A DNA stretch of 64,000 bases from Lophium mytilinum (GCA_010093605.1 MU004182.1:1769032-1833031), one strand, 5' to 3'. Shown: positions 25,449-40,400, counted from the stretch's first letter. The notes: generated by a model from the sequence alone, not told the origin. A program made the numbers and translations.

Positions 25449-26232
25449 GATATCGTAAAAAGCGTATATGTATATAGCACTGTTTGGTCGGCTAGAATGA
25501 CGAGCAGCTACGACACACAGCATCTCCGCTAGATCAAGTCTAATGTATGTCAGCTTACTGGCGCATCTTATAACCGTTTGCGACGCATTGCCAATGCAGT
25601 GCCTACCGTCATTAGGAGTACACACTATGAATACGTTTCCGGTAGATCCGCTTCCCCAGTGACCGAGAGACCGAGCTACCGAAGATCTTACCGTTTCTAG
25701 GAATTTTACCGCTCGTACGAAGTAAGCTCAGCCTCGAGAAGGATTCAGCACCAATAAGTTTAGAACATTTTCTCCAACTATCCCCGCTTGCTTAGCTCTA
25801 TACTTCGTACTTCTCTCATAAACACCTCATAATAGGAAAAGGCAAATTGGCAACACACAACTTGGAGTGGGCTTCGGTCGTAGAACGGTCCATGTGAGTC
25901 CGGGGAGAAACCTACATCTTCACACCGTCTGGAATGGCGTTACCAGAGTATTATGCTTCCTCCGTGATACGAGAACGTTACATAAACTCCCTAGATACTA
26001 TGAGTCGATGTGACGGGGGCACGGCACATTCAGGGGTAGGCCTGTGGGCCTCTATATAATGCAAAGGTGCATTTACTTGCTGATTGATGTTGATTCTGTG
26101 AGATCTATTCAACCTTGCTCGTTCAATTCATTTCCGGTCATCGTCACATTGGTTCAAACCTTACTGCCAAACGTCAAAAGTCTTTTCATTTCTCAACATT
26201 ACTGCCCTTGGAAACTGCCAAGCGCAATCCAA

Positions 26233-27372
26233 ATGGCTTGGATCACATCTGCCCCAGGGCGTTGGCCTTTGAATCTAGGGGTTTTGGTAGCCATTAGTCT
26301 TCTCGTTCAAGCAGACATCCTCATACCGAAGCCCGCGGGCCAATACGAGACGTACCTGAACGCCATGGAACTGGTTGACACGTCACGGAAGGACCCTTAT
26401 GCAACCGATGGATCTGATAGAGCTATCATGATCTCCATGTTTTACCCCATTAGCTCTCAAGACTGCCTCAAGACCTCTCTTGTGGATTATATGCCCGCAA
26501 AGACCGCCGCTTTTGAAGACAACGTCTTCAGCTTCCCAAACGGAAGCTTCGAGTCTTTCAGATTACAAACCTGCACAGAACACCGCAACGCAGTGCAAGA
26601 TCCTCGCCACTTCCCTCTTGTTCTTTTCTCGCCTGGTTTCGGAGGACCGCGTTTCCTGGGCAACGCAATTTCACAATCTATCGCTAGCACAGGCTACGCC
26701 GTCGTCCTTATCGATCATCCCTACGATGCGAATATCGTCGAATTCCCCGGCGGCCGAGTCATCTACGGGGCTAACCTCGCGCAAGATTCACCAGATCCCC
26801 AGAAAGTGGTCGCGACACGTACAGCCGATATGAGCTTCGTGTTGGATCAACTCAGCGACGTTTCAGTGGTGCGGCAACTCATTCCTGGAGCACGCTGTGC
26901 CTTCAATACGGAGAAAGCTGCAGCGGTCGGCCATTCCATTGGTGGTGCTACTGCTGTTGCTGCTCTCCAAAACGAGAGCAGATTAGTGGGTGGCGTTGAT
27001 ATGGACGGTACCTTCTTTTCCGTCAACAGCACCATCGAAAGGCCTGTACTAGTCCTTGGGCGCGAAGACCACAACCGCTCAACGGAAACCACATGGCGGG
27101 ACGCCTGGTCGTTAGTTAGGAGCTGGAAAGAGGAGCTAGACATTGTAGGCTTCGGGCATTTCGCTTATTGTGACGCGCCGATACTTCTGGAGCTGGGTGG
27201 ACTGAGTCTTCCGGCGGCCCTGAAACCGTTTGTCGGAACCATCGAGGGACATCGGGCTTTGGAGATTGTAACGACGTATGTGAAGGCTTTCCTGGGGTTT
27301 GTGCTAAGAAGGGAGCAGGAAAAGATTTTGGAGGGGCCGAGCGACAAGTTTCCAGAGGTCCGATTTTATTAA
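26233..27372 (+). CDS. Secreted alpha/beta hydrolase, PAF-acetylhydrolase-like
   Basis: Signal-like N-terminus, PLVLFSPGFG, IDHPYD, GHSIGG, DMDG, GHFAYCD. Intronless. Confidence 0.85.
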   Translation: MAWITSAPGRWPLNLGVLVAISLLVQADILIPKPAGQYETYLNAMELVDTSRKDPYATDGSDRAIMISMFYPISSQDCLKTSLVDYMPAKTAAFEDNVFSFPNGSFESFRLQTCTEHRNAVQDPRHFPLVLFSPGFGGPRFLGNAISQSIASTGYAVVLIDHPYDANIVEFPGGRVIYGANLAQDSPDPQKVVATRTADMSFVLDQLSDVSVVRQLIPGARCAFNTEKAAAVGHSIGGATAVAALQNESRLVGGVDMDGTFFSVNSTIERPVLVLGREDHNRSTETTWRDAWSLVRSWKEELDIVGFGHFAYCDAPILLELGGLSLPAALKPFVGTIEGHRALEIVTTYVKAFLGFVLRREQEKILEGPSDKFPEVRFY

Positions 27373-28299
27373 TCGAGCAAGCTTGCGGCTAGAGTCACGT
27401 GATATGGGCCCTTCAGGATCAGTGCGGCCTCGCTGACGATGTCAAGTCGCTTACACGTTTAGAGCTTTGTATATACATTATGTACACCTAGATTATAAAC
27501 ATGAAGCATTATATGCGGCGTGGTACTCACAAATTTCCTGCTCTGATTCGAAGATCCATGCCGGCAGAAAACACTTCCACTTTTCTAGCAACGTAAGTAT
27601 CAGATCACTCATTCGATGAGACCAAAGGCTAGAGAAGTATCTCTATGGTGTTAAATATGTTCGAGATGGTCTCGTTGTTTCAAAGACTCTTGCTTCTTGT
27701 CACTCATCTGTCTGACTATACTCCCAATCACCAATGTTCCGGCGACTCCAACCAATCCGGCTCGGCCTCGATATTGAGGGCCTCTGCGGGGATGTCACAA
27801 AGCTCGGCCCTAGCTTGACTAGCCATTGCCGGGATGGCGTGCAATGGTCACATCTAGCTCCCGCATGCCTCGATGTGTAGAAGTGTTTTAATTGGCGGGC
27901 GGCTGCCACATCACATCTTTCCCCTGCGGACGAGAACCCAGTCAGCGGCTGTCTGCCACCTCTCTGCCTCTCACAGAATGCGCAGAACCGCTGCCCCCAG
28001 GCCTGTGAATCGGCTCGTTCGACGGCTCGCCTGACCTGCAGCGGCGGGCGCCATCCGCGAAGACCTCTTAACGGCCGCGTTCTCACCCTTCTCCGTCTGC
28101 ACGTCAAGCTTCATCGCAGCTCCCATCGCGACCCCTCCGCCTTTCTTGTCTGGCAGCCCTGAGACGACGTCCTGTGCAACTATACGCCCCACCAGGCTAC
28201 CCGCCGATATCATAGCCGTGCGATACCGGTCTCTGCTGTGTATCCGGTCTATCTTCCGCAGTAATCCCGCACCGTCAGCTCCTCACCGACGACACCACC

Positions 28300-29268
28300 A
28301 TGGCGAGATTCTTCATTCCTAGACATTGGCGCCTGCACAAAATCATATGGGTGCTTTTGATCCTCGAGTTCCCCTTCACTGTCGCCGTTCTAGCCCTGAC
28401 CGGCATTGCATCACCGAATCTTTACCGTACCAGGCTCTGGCAGGAAGGCGGGGACCTTGGGTTCAATAGCGACCCGACGACGATTCTATACGCCTATGCC
28501 AATTATCGACCCGTCCATATCCCACTCATATGGAGTTCATTGTGAGCTTCCGACGATTTGTCGTCAATGCGGGCCTAGCTAACAATGCCCAGTATCACTC
28601 AATTCAATCTCGTCGTCGGCGTACTGAGCATGTTCATACACCTGACCAAGTTCACCATGTTCATCCTACATGTCTTCTGGCCTATTATCTCCATGCTTGT
28701 CCACTTCCTCCTCATCGGCCTCTGGTCGTATAGCATTTATGCGCAGACCTCTCCAGACACGATCGATCCCAATCGCCAGAATCACGGTGCGCCGTGGTAT
28801 ATCACGAAGAACTGCAACATTGCCTCAAACCACCTGCTGAAGGGATACTGCATGCAAGCGAAGTCGACCTTCGCTGTCAGCTGTGTAATGCTGTCAGTGC
28901 CCGCTCTCATGCTTCTACGATTGCCCTGTTATTCCGAACCTTTGCACTAACTTCTTCATAGCATAATGTTTGTTATTCACGCCCTCGTCAGTATCTGGTC
29001 CATGATTCCTTCCAAGGAACAGAGACTCGCGCACGCGGAGAAGGAAGCGGAGAAGAAGGCTGAGAAGGAAAAGTGGTCGCCTGTCGAAGAGGGGGGTATG
29101 ACTGCTGAACAGCAATGGCAGCATATGTGGGAGCTGCAGCAGTTGCCGCGGACGCCCGGAACAGCGGGAGGTATGAAGAGTCCGATGACCCCTCGGACAC
29201 AGGCGTTCAACAACCTTGGTGGGGGTCTACCTCTGAGGGAGCATGAATACCAGCCGTTCCCGCGGTAA
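28300..29268 (+). CDS. Fungal 4-TM membrane protein of unknown function
   Basis: Three exons with GT-AG introns, hydrophobic segments, APWYITKNC, SPMTPRT tail. Confidence 0.8.
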
Positions 29269-29825
29269 TGAAGATTTGAATTCAAGATGATCGGCGTAAA
29301 TTTTGGGATGATTTCGGATGATATCAGGTACGGAAGCAGGCGCAAATTTGGGCGTTGGCTTGCAGTCGCAATCTTTCAATATCTGCTTGATAGAACTGAG
29401 TTCGGGAGCTTTTCTATGATATGAGTGGGTGAATACAGCGATAGCCTAATTCATGGTTAATGATTGCATTTGATATTAGGATGACCAAAAAGTAACCTGC
29501 AGTGAAGGTGCCAGGAAGGGGTTTGCCTTTGACTATATAGCACTCCGCGCTGCTATGGGCCAATGCAGCTTCTAGGTCACTCGATTTTAGCTCAAGAGTT
29601 CGAACGGGGCTGATATTATGTCATGACCGTGGCATGCGTGGATTGAAAGTGAACTCATTCGGGGCCCGTGCGGGTTGTTGCCAAGGCCCCTAACTGTTTT
29701 GTAAACAGTCGATCTTCAACTCTCCAACACCTCACTTCACAACCACTCTTCTTAATAATGTGTAATTGCCTGCATTTTTGAGGGTTCTGAAGCTCTCGCA
29801 CCACCCAGTCCCTCATTGACGCGCC

Positions 29826-32800
29826 ATGTCAACAGCGAAAGCGTCGGCGCGTGCCCCGGCCGACAGCATCAGAATCGCAGTTACTTCCATCTCAACTTGC
29901 ACCTCCGTCACCATCAGCAGCTTGCAAGAGCTCCTCAGCCCTACACCAAGAACAGAAGACCAGAAAGAGAATGTCAGACTCAAGACCTCGCGATCGGTCA
30001 CGGTCACCGCTACCGCACGAACAAAAGCAGCGACCAGAACGAAGGCTAAGGCTAAGGTAGCCGTGGTTGAAGTCGTGGAAGAAATAGAACAACCCCTATC
30101 GCCGAGGGACAAATTCGTTTTAGCTACAGATGTGGTCAACAGCACTCTCAAATGTCTCAGCGATGCCCTCAAACCTCAGTCTAAGGCCATCAAGAGGGTC
30201 GATTCTGCGAAGAGCCATGCATCAACAACAGCTGCCCATGCACGCAACCCTTCCTCGACTTCACAAGCACATGCGCCGCTATCACGAAGCTCCTCATACT
30301 CTCAGAAGCCACTCCAAGAACGAAGTGCCACCGATCTGACGAATTCACCACGGAAGAAATCATCCCTTCGACGGTCATCCTCATACTCCTCATATTCAAG
30401 ATCAGGGCCTTCGCCTGGTCTCATAGCAATTAGCGAATGCGCAAGGATAGCTTTCCAATATTTGAGGACTCCTGAGGCGGCGAAACTTGCAGGAAAAGGA
30501 ATGCCAGCTTTGCAATTGGAAAGTGGAATGTTGGCCTTGATTGGAAAGCTGCTTGCACATGGGTTAGATAGCGCAGCAATCAAAGAGCTGCGTACTCTGA
30601 AGAGGCGGTTAGAGGCATATATGGGCAATAATGAGGAGGGCACAGCTATAAAAAGTGTGAAGCCCAACACAACGACAAAGACGCCCACCTCCCAGCCCGA
30701 GAAGGAGACACTGGCCACATTGTTGCATTTCGCAAACATTGACACAAGCAGCCCGGCATTATCTGTAGTCGTGAGCTATCAAACACATGTGTTGAGAGCA
30801 ATTGCGGCATCAAAGCGTCCGAATGTTATCAACGCGGTTCTTGAATATCTCGCATTCACCCAACAGTCCTCCCCAGCAAACCTGATAACACACCTCGCGA
30901 CATCAATAGAGTCCGTCAGCAAATCGGCTAGACAGCTTGAGTCCCTAGCTCAGACTATTCTTTCGCTGTGCCCGAGCGTATCTACCTCTGAAGACTCGTT
31001 GGCGTGCAATGAACAGCTAAGACCAAACCCCGATACGACATTCCAGCTACAATCCCTCGCTTTTCAAATTCGTCAAAGATGGTGGAAACTTGCGAAGCAT
31101 CAGGGAGACCTTGGAAAGGAACTTTTGGAGCCATTTGCGAAATGTCTCTCTACTTTTGCGCGACGATCTTCAAGTCCAACATCAGAGAAGTATGATCTGG
31201 CCAGGACCAAATTCCAGGAAATCCAGGACGGAACTTCGATTTCTAGCCACAGTTCATCTGCTTTCGCTGCAGTCACCCGTACGTTAAGCTCGCTTGCGCA
31301 GGCGGCATCTTTGACTGACGAAGCTCTTCAATGGACCGAGTCTCCCTCCCCTCAAAAAGCTGCTTCCATCTCGGCGTCAAGATCAGCTGCACGACTTGTC
31401 CGCTGTGCAGCGTTGTCCTTAGAGTCGAAGCTTTTGCAGGATCAGAATATCGATATTGAGGAGCCGATTGAAAAGGCGCTGGCTTCGCTAGGTGGTAGCT
31501 TGTCAGGCGGCTCCAGTGATCTGGATATCCTTCTCACGGAGGTGGTTGGACTTCGGCGAATAGCCACAAAGGCGTTATCTGCAATCATCCCACCGACTAG
31601 ACCCACCGCGCCTTCGCCATCGACCTCCCTTCAGCTCCTATTTTCTATCGTATCTGCTTGCACTCGGTTTGTGGCTCGGTATGTCGGAAAGGTGCCAGAA
31701 ACTGCGGATTCCAAAGCCCTAATCCGGCATGGCGAGCGGGTCAATATGGCCTTGAAGGTCATTAAAGGAATCACCGAATCGGTCACCTTAGCTTCTAAGC
31801 TATCAGTCTCTTTGCAGACAGTTTCGTGGGATGAGCTCGACACCATGCTCCAAAGCTATACCTCTGTTCTCCTTGACCTCCAAGGGGGACCCGAAACTAA
31901 CAACTCCGGTGCATTGAAATTGCATCGCGATTTGCAGTATCCGCTAGTGCGAATTTCAAATATCTACTGGGCCTACCACATACAATGCAGGAAAAGCGGA
32001 GAAAAGACGAAAGTTTGGCTGAATGCTATGGCACGATCGGTCCAGATTCTAGACGCAAGATCAAAGGAAGAAAAGGATACTGGGCTGCTCGGGATGAAAT
32101 TGGAGAAGATTGGCGAAGTTTTCGAAAGAGAAAATCGCCCCGAGGACGCCGTGTCACACTTCTTGCGGGCCATTGAACACCACATTCAATCCGGGGTGCT
32201 CACAACTGCAGCTGGTTTCATATCAGCAACGTCAGTTCAACGAGTTTTGGAGCTCTCCGATGGGGCCAGTGTTATTGGAAGGCTCTTAAGGTCATTACAC
32301 CTGTCGTTCATCACGCATGGAGTGAAAGGAAGAGATCAAGTGGCGTTCTTTGACAACGTAGACCTCACGCGCGGAGAAAGAGGGTTTCTCCTGGAACTAC
32401 AGCTAGTACTTTTCAGCAAGTATGCTTTGAAGACTCAACATTGGGATCCTACCCTCACGCCTTCTTTCTTGAAGCTGAGCGAGACGCTGCTCGAGTTATA
32501 CACGGCCTGCGATTTTCCAGTCCGGCGGCAAAGGGTAGCAATACTACTCATTCGACTTGCTACAGAGAAACCGGAACTTTCGCCTTTATCAAGACTGGAT
32601 CCTCTGGATCAATTCAAGGTTGCAGCCGATGGAGATCTGGGAGAAGATTCGAATCTGGCAAAATTTCAAGATCATATCCACGAAACACTTAATGTTGAAC
32701 TGAACTTCCGCAAACACTCGCCGTCAATTTCCAAGTTGAAGGCATCCCTGCAGACCTGGCAAACGATTCTTGACTCCGTAGACTCCTGGGTCCCTTTGCT

Positions 32801-35800
32801 CGATAAAGTCGATGACACCACTAAATGGATAACTCAACTCGAGATGATCTCTGATTATCTAGCCGTAAAGGGTGAGGAGTACCTTCGTATTCCGGTCTTG
32901 AATATGATCGTAAGGATCTTGGAGCTTCGGGATGACAGCGACTCGACGCAGGTCGTACTAGCTTTGTCTAAATATGCACTACAACTCCTCGAGCTTGGAT
33001 ATTCCGGAAAAGCTGGCCTCAATCTAGCGAAGGCTCAATCTATCTTATCGAGCACAGAAGCAACAGCAGAGGCTCGGTTGCATTGGCATGTGGCTTATGC
33101 CTTGTACCTGCTTCGGATTGGCAACACAGAGAAGTGGTAAGTAAGCTTACACCTACTAACAGGAGTTTGAGCTGATGATCAAATAGCGAAAACACCCTTG
33201 CTGCTGCAGAACGAATTGTTCTGGATGACGGTGAACAGTTCGTCGCTCTCGTCAAGTCAGCCAACACCATATCTGGACGCGTTCGGTTCAATAGACTCCT
33301 TGCGGATGCAGCTTACATCTACTCACTCTTTGCTATGGAAACTGGCAAACACGACGACGCACTTCGGTATGCAAAACATTGTGTGACCCTAAATAGACGG
33401 TGCTGGGGAACGATTGAGAACAAATCCAACGCGAAGAGACGTCCGGGAGGCACTGATCCCGAGATGGACAGCCTGACAGATGGTGTCGCAAACCTGTCAA
33501 CTTCCGGGCGAGACGTACCTCAGGTTTGGTCAATGACCCACGAGTCACTTAGTGGCACTGCGTTTTGGCCTCATGTGCCCTCGATTTACCGTGGATTGAC
33601 CCATCAATCACAAGTATACGCCCATCAGGGTATGTTTCAAGAGGCCGTATTTTTCGCAGACCAAGCCGAGAAGGTTGCTTCAGCTGTTGGAGCGGGATCT
33701 CTATTGCTGGATAACATAACAAAACGTGTGCATTACTGGGTGAACGGCGGAAGAGCCGATAAGGCACAAGACGTTATGGCATTGGCGGAACCTTTGTTCT
33801 CCCAGAAGCACATAGGTTTGGCATCGTTTCACCTTGCTTCTGCTGCAATCTATCGAGAAACCGGTGAAGTCGATGAGGAAATCGAGGCATACGAAACCAG
33901 CGAGTCGCTCCTCCAAGGTCTCAAACAAAGCTCCTTCATTCAAGAACTGGACAAGATCGTCGATGCAGAAGAATCCTTAGCCAACCAGCTGTCAAAAATG
34001 CACCTAAATGTACCGGAAAAGAAAACGGTAAAGCCAGCAAGACAGCCCCGAGGACGAAAGCCAGCGCCAAAGCCTCCAGCGCGTACCGCACGGAAGACAA
34101 CGACGGCGAAATCACAAACGCCGCAAGCAAGCACTAGTGAGGAATGTACGCCATTGTCCCAGCTCCAAGGGGATATACTTCGACGAAAGGCAACAGCAAA
34201 GCTCATCCAAAACAGATTCACCCTTGCGGTTGAGCTTCTTGAGAAGGCAGAAATGATGCAAATTGGACAGCATAGTACTCTGCAGTATCACCTGGCTAGT
34301 TTTAGAAGACTGGTCGCGCAAAGTATGAAAGAGCTTTCGACTGATTTCACGTTCAATACCCTACCGGAGTCCACCATATCTTTCCCGGCGCTTGCTAGAG
34401 CGGATCGAAAGCTGTCTGAAGGTGCTCGTTCGTCGCTTCTTTCTCCTGCAGCTCGAAGGACGTCACTGTTAGCCGCGTCCGCAAGGGGAAAAGGCGCCGC
34501 AAAGGAACACTTCGGTGCGACGCTTCAAAACGCTCGTGATTGCCTAGCAGATATTCACAACATCGCCCTCCAGACTGGCGCAAACTCGGTCGTGCATGAA
34601 GTCGGTCGTGCGTTGAGCGGTGTCACTGTCCTGCTTTCGGCGGCAAATTGTGGAATTATCAAGGGTTCTCTTCACCCGCTTTACGTTGCTTATTGGTCTG
34701 AGCTACCTAAACAGCACGCACTTCTGCTTGAACAGTCAGCCATCAATGCAGATAAGGAAAATCCGACCCGCGAAGAGCTGCTAAGCTGGCCGCAACTCCA
34801 ATCAAAAGACAAGCCCGCCTATGCGTCACCCGGTCAGTTTCAGAGAGAGTATATTGACATAATCCCGGACTCTTGGACCGCAATTTCCCTGTCCCTAAAC
34901 GAAAACCACGATGAGCTGTATATCACTCGATATCATGCTGGGCAGTCTCCTTTCATCCTTCGACTCCCCATGGCAAGACACAATTCTCGAGATATGGACG
35001 AGGAAGTATTCGGCTTCGAAGATGGGAAACGGGACCTCACGGAAATCATCGACCTATCCGACTTCAGCACCCATAGTGGTCGAGACATGGAAGCAAAGGG
35101 CGCTAAGGTGGAGTGGTGGGCTGAAAGAGAGGCCTTAGACGCTCGCCTTCGCGACTTGCTTGTCAACATTGAAAACATTTGGCTTGGTGGTTTCCGTGGA
35201 ATTTTCTCGCAACATCTCCGTCAACCAAGCCTGCTGGCTCGCTTTCAAAAGTCCTTCCAAAATATTCTCAACCGGCATTTGCCCTCAAGACAAGGACGAG
35301 GCCAACAGAAGAAGCTCAACTTTGATCCTAGGATCTTGGAGCTGTTTATTGGCCTTGGAGACGCGACTGACGAAGAGATTGATCTAGATGAGCCGCTCAT
35401 GGATTTGGTTTACTTCGTAGTGGATATTCTGCAGTTTAATGGCGAGCGAAACGCGTACGATGAAATCGATTTCGATGCCATGGTAATCGATACTCTGGAT
35501 GCTCTTCGCGCTTACCATTCGACTTCCCAGAAGGCCGCCACCGAACAGACGCACACAATTCTCATACTTGATAAGAACCTCCACGCTTTCCCGTGGGAGT
35601 CGCTCCCATCGCTTCAAGCTTTGTCGATCTCGAGACTCCCATCGCTAGCTGCTCTCCGTGAACGATTGCTCACAGCGAGGGCGAGCGCTTCTGATAAACA
35701 AATCCGCCCGGGGCATCACATCTGCTCTAGCGCCGGAGGAGCCAGCATCCTCAACCCGTCCGGCGACCTGACGCACACGCAGAAAACGATTCTCCCGCAT

Positions 35801-36529
35801 CTGGATGGCATGGAAGGGACCTGGAACCACATCATCGGCCGCGCCCCAGAGGAAAAAGAGTTCGAAGCCGCGCTTGGCAAGAAAGACCTCCTCCTCTACT
35901 TCGGCCACGGGAGCGGGGCTCAGTATATTCGCGGACGAACCGTCAAGAAGCTCTACAACGGTCAAGGCTCTGCCAATAACTTCCAATTCTCTTCTTCGAC
36001 AAACTCACACGTTAGTGAGGATATGAGTGGGCAGGCCGGCTGTGCTACCGCGTTGCTTTTTGGTTGTTCGAGCGCGATGGTTAATGAACACGGCATCTAT
36101 GAACCCTCAGGCATGCTCTCGGCCTACATGTCTGCTGGCGCACCTGCTGTGCTGGGTATGCTGTGGGATGTCACGGATAAAGACTGTGATCGGTTTGCCG
36201 TCAGGACGGGCGAGATTTGGGGGTTGTGGCCGGGGCCTTCCTCCGCAGCATCGCCTTCCAAAGAGAAGGGGAAGAAAGAGAAATCTGGAATTGCGGGCAA
36301 GGTCCGTAAGCTTGTTAAGGATGTTGAGAAGGCGAGGGGTGCGGGCATTGGGCGTGGAAAGGGGAAGAAAGTGGACGCGAGCACGGGGGAGGAGGAGGGG
36401 GCTGAGGTAGTCAGGAGGAGGGGTGTGGGATTGGATGAGGCGGTTAGAGGGGGGAGGGAGGCGTGTGTGCTGAGATATCTGAATGGGGCTGCAGCTGTGG
36501 TTTATGGGATTCCGGTGTTCTTGGAATAG
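29826..36529 (+). CDS. ESP1: Separase (peptidase C50; Esp1/BimB/Cut1)
   Basis: ~2200 aa, one intron at ~33137-33186. WWAEREALD, FPWESLP, LNPSGDL, catalytic YFGHGSG and LFGCSS, LWDVTDKDCD. Confidence 0.95.
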
Positions 36530-37439
36530 GGTGGTATTGGAGCGGGTGGTTGAGCTCAGTCCGAAAGGAATAGATCGAATATCAGGTCAACTTCATATAT
36601 AGGCACATCTTCCTCCGAAACACTGATAGCCATTGATGGTCTACCGAAACTGTGGCCTTATCACGTGATGGCCTACAAACAATTGTCCTCCCGCGCGACT
36701 TGCCAATCTCCCTCCAACTTGCGTCCCTTGGGAAGTATTACCAGGCGCCCACTCACTACTTAGATTTAAGGCGCTAGAGGTACGCTACGAAGGCGTTCAT
36801 CAAGGTTATGTCAAGCCATAGAACGAAATACGGGGAAAGGGATATGTTTCGGTATTGGGCCATATTGATAGGATAGGGGCGAGTTGCGCATTTCGTGATG
36901 ATGGTAGGTAGCTGGATTTCAAGACACGAGCAAGGCGGGTCTATGCGTTCTTTGACCATCTAGACAAGCTCTTGAATTAGATGTGTCGAACTTGTATCAT
37001 TTTATTCGTGTCTACTTGCAGTTCCGTCTAGTCTAATATAATCCAGGGCTCGGTTTCTCTGTAGCAAGACCACGGGGCCGATGCTCATTCCACCTGCAAA
37101 CTGTTCACGTCTGAAAGACGGGTCTGCTCGTAGGGGTAAGTAATCCCGCTCTATCTCTTTGCGCACTCTCGGCTGTCCGTCCGCGAAGCCGCCGTTCATT
37201 GCTTCGGGTGCTCTATTCTTCTAGACATCGCACACCCTAACCTGTCCCCGGAACACTCTCGCTACCTTCTACGAGGTTGTAATGAGCGCCACCTTTGCCT
37301 ATTCTTTCAGTTACTTTCAGGGGCCGAGATGTAGGATTGCGCTGCTGTCAATGAGTCCGAAGGGTGTCTAATTGGATTTGTAGTGCGTGGATTCACTCTT
37401 GGAGAAGGCTGGATGCGATTTCCTGATCTCGTAGTAGAC

Positions 37440-40400
37440 TCACGACCCGTATTTGCGGACAAGCTGATACATCTTAGGCTCCAGGTCCGCGACCCGGAAC
37501 GGTTTCGAGATCGCGTCATCCTGTATAAGTTAGCAACAATCCCTTCGCGTGACAGAAGCGCAGTGTTCTCACCATCCCAGCCGACGCTGCTATCTCAATC
37601 TGCTGGCTCCTCGCGTTGGCGGTGACTGAGATTATCGGTATATGCCCTCTCGAGTGTCCTTGACTCTCAGCCTCTCTGATCCGTCTCGCGCACGTCAATC
37701 CATCCATAATCGGCATTTCCGTGTCTAATAAAATGATATCGAGGGGCTCGCCACTGTTGTTGTTCGCTATCCAGTATGTTGACTTCTCCAGGAAATCAAG
37801 AGCTTCTTTACCGTGATTGGCGGCATTGACGATGTGGCCCAAGTTTCGAAGCTGTTTGCACAGCACCTTTTGGTTCACGAGATTATCTTCAACCACCAGG
37901 ATGGCAAGCTTGCGCTGGATTGGCGGCTCTTTCTCCGGGAAAGCCATCTGCGATGGCGTTTCACTTGGCGAGGCCACTTCAAGAACCGGCGGAGATGGCC
38001 GAGGATTGCTGAGCATATGAATCGACCGGTGTTTGGGAAGCGTAATTTTCCGCAGGGACTCCGTGTTTTCCGCAATATCTTTCGCGATATCGAGGTTTGA
38101 TACGGGTGGATCCCGTCGTTGGACGAGTACGTAGAAAGCAAAAGTGCTACCGCGCCCAGGCTCTGATGCGAGACCGATGCCACCACCCTGGAGCTCGCTG
38201 AGTTTCTTGGAGATAAAGAGGCCGAGACCGCTGCCTCCGTACTCGACTTCTGTTTTGGGAGAAGCTGTACGTCGTTGTCAGCATTTTGCGAGTTGGAACA
38301 TTTTTTTTTCGAGAGTAATACCTTGCCCGAAACGTTTGAACAGCCGTTCTCTTTCTGCAGGCTTCAAACCTGGGCCAGTGTCGTGCACAGCAACTCGCAT
38401 GAAACACATGCGACTTCCCGTGCTGGAGCCTTCCATGAATGCGCTCGGTATGATCGTTTCGGCTGGGTGTACGTATTCGATACCACTCTCGGTATCGTTT
38501 GGGATGTGGAGTGAGCCGCCCACTCTGATGGTGACCCTTTTCTCCGCGACGACTCGGGTGAACTTGATGGCGTTGCCCAAGATGTTTACGAGTACTTGTG
38601 TGAGGCGGCTTGGGTCAAGTCGGACATTCTGGAGACCTAACTGGTGGAACGACGGTTCGACGTCTACCGTAACATCAATCCCTTCTTTAGTAGATTCCGT
38701 CTCAAACATTTTAACAGCACTGTGGATAATTTGAAGGGGCTCGACGTCCACCGGTGTAACCAGAAGCATGTCGGAGTCCATCTTGGAAAGCGTAAGTATG
38801 TCGTCCACAACCCTCTTCTGATGCTGAGCACAAAGAGTGATGGTGTCGGCCGCGTCAAGGCTATCTTCTAGAAGCTCTCGTGAGATTGTGACAATTCTGC
38901 CATCCTGAGATACACTAGAAGAAAAGCAACTGGTCAGAGTGGAACTGATAGAATCAGCGCTCTGTATAATAGCAGAGAGTGGATTGCGGATCTCGTGAGA
39001 CGTCATGTCGACAAATGCTTCCTGTTGGCGTTTCATTTCCTGGCAAGGTCAGCATCTTCATGATGGTTATATAGAAGCGACGAACCATGGCCTCCTCCAT
39101 TCGCCGCTTCTGATGTTCTTCAGCCCATTTCTGTTGTGAGATATCTGTTATCATGGCTAGGGAGCCTTTCACAGAGCCGTTCCCATTCTCTTCGACGAAT
39201 GCAGACACGAGAACCCAAGTAGGTCCTCTTAACATCTCGCCTGATCCGATAACCTTTGTCCATGGCTTCTTTAGTGGATATTCAAGTGCTATGGGCTCGC
39301 GAGTCTTGTGAAGTTGATCCCAAGCGGCAGCAAGGGATGGAACAGAGTCTTCCCGGAACAAATCAACCCAAGATCTCATTGTCTTGTCTGAGCGATCGTG
39401 CTTTGTAATGTCGTGGAAGGCCTGATTCGCGTATACAATGTTTCCTTCCGGGTCCGCAGAAACTATACCTACCAAAGAATTATCCGCCATGCGTTGAAAT
39501 TTGGTTTCGCTTTTCATTAGTTCCATCGCTGTCAATTGAAGTTCCTGCGCGACACGCTCTCTGTGCCGGACTTCGTCTTCGAAGAGCATGACTGCTGCCA
39601 CGGCTAACAATTTGGACGGGTAGTTAGAATGAGATGTACGCTGCAATAAATGGTCTCGGGAACTCACAAGTTGCAATTTGCCTGCTCATAATCTCAAGAA
39701 AGCCTCTAAAGTTCTCATCTATGGCCAGGTGTGGGTTCAGACCCATTATGAGGAAGCCAACGGTGGTCCCAGTAGGACAGATAGGCCAAACAACTGTCGT
39801 GTTTACAGGCGCAGTGATGCCCCGGAGATCGATTCCTTGTACAAACTCTGCAGGAAGGGTGCCGTCCTCGATAGACAGAAAAACGGTCTCCCCTTTGAAT
39901 GCCCTGCTCATGGCGGGCCCATAGCCCGGGGAGTCGGCATCAGAGAGATTTAGGTCCGTCACCAAGGTCGGGTGGTCTTCCGGAATTCCAAGATGTCCTT
40001 CTAACATGCAATATCGTCCACTCTCTGATAGATCAGAAGAACTAGTCTGTGAACCACCAGAGAGCGACGCGGATTGCATATCCTGAAACGTGTAGAGCAT
40101 GGCGAATGGCAACGCTTCACTCGTGTCGAAAGCCTCGATTAATAGCTTCCAAAAGTCTGGCAGGTCTTTCGCAACGGAAGAGCAGGTGCTGATTTGCAGT
40201 AAAAGGGACATCCTGCGGGCAGCGTGATTCTGCCTGGTGACGTCTACGAATCCCTCATAAATTCCAAGCACAGCGCCCTTCTCATCGGCGATGGGCTGAT
40301 ATTGGAAGGAAAAGAAGCATTCATCCATGCGTCCGTGTCTTTGAAGCAACATAGGAACATCCTCTACGCGGACAGCTTTGCCAGTCTTCTGTACCTTGTG

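Noticed and set aside
29701..29707. Forkhead motif GTAAACA before separase, and scattered CACGTG boxes elsewhere
   Set aside because: Single short motifs are expected by chance, so they are plausible but unsupported.
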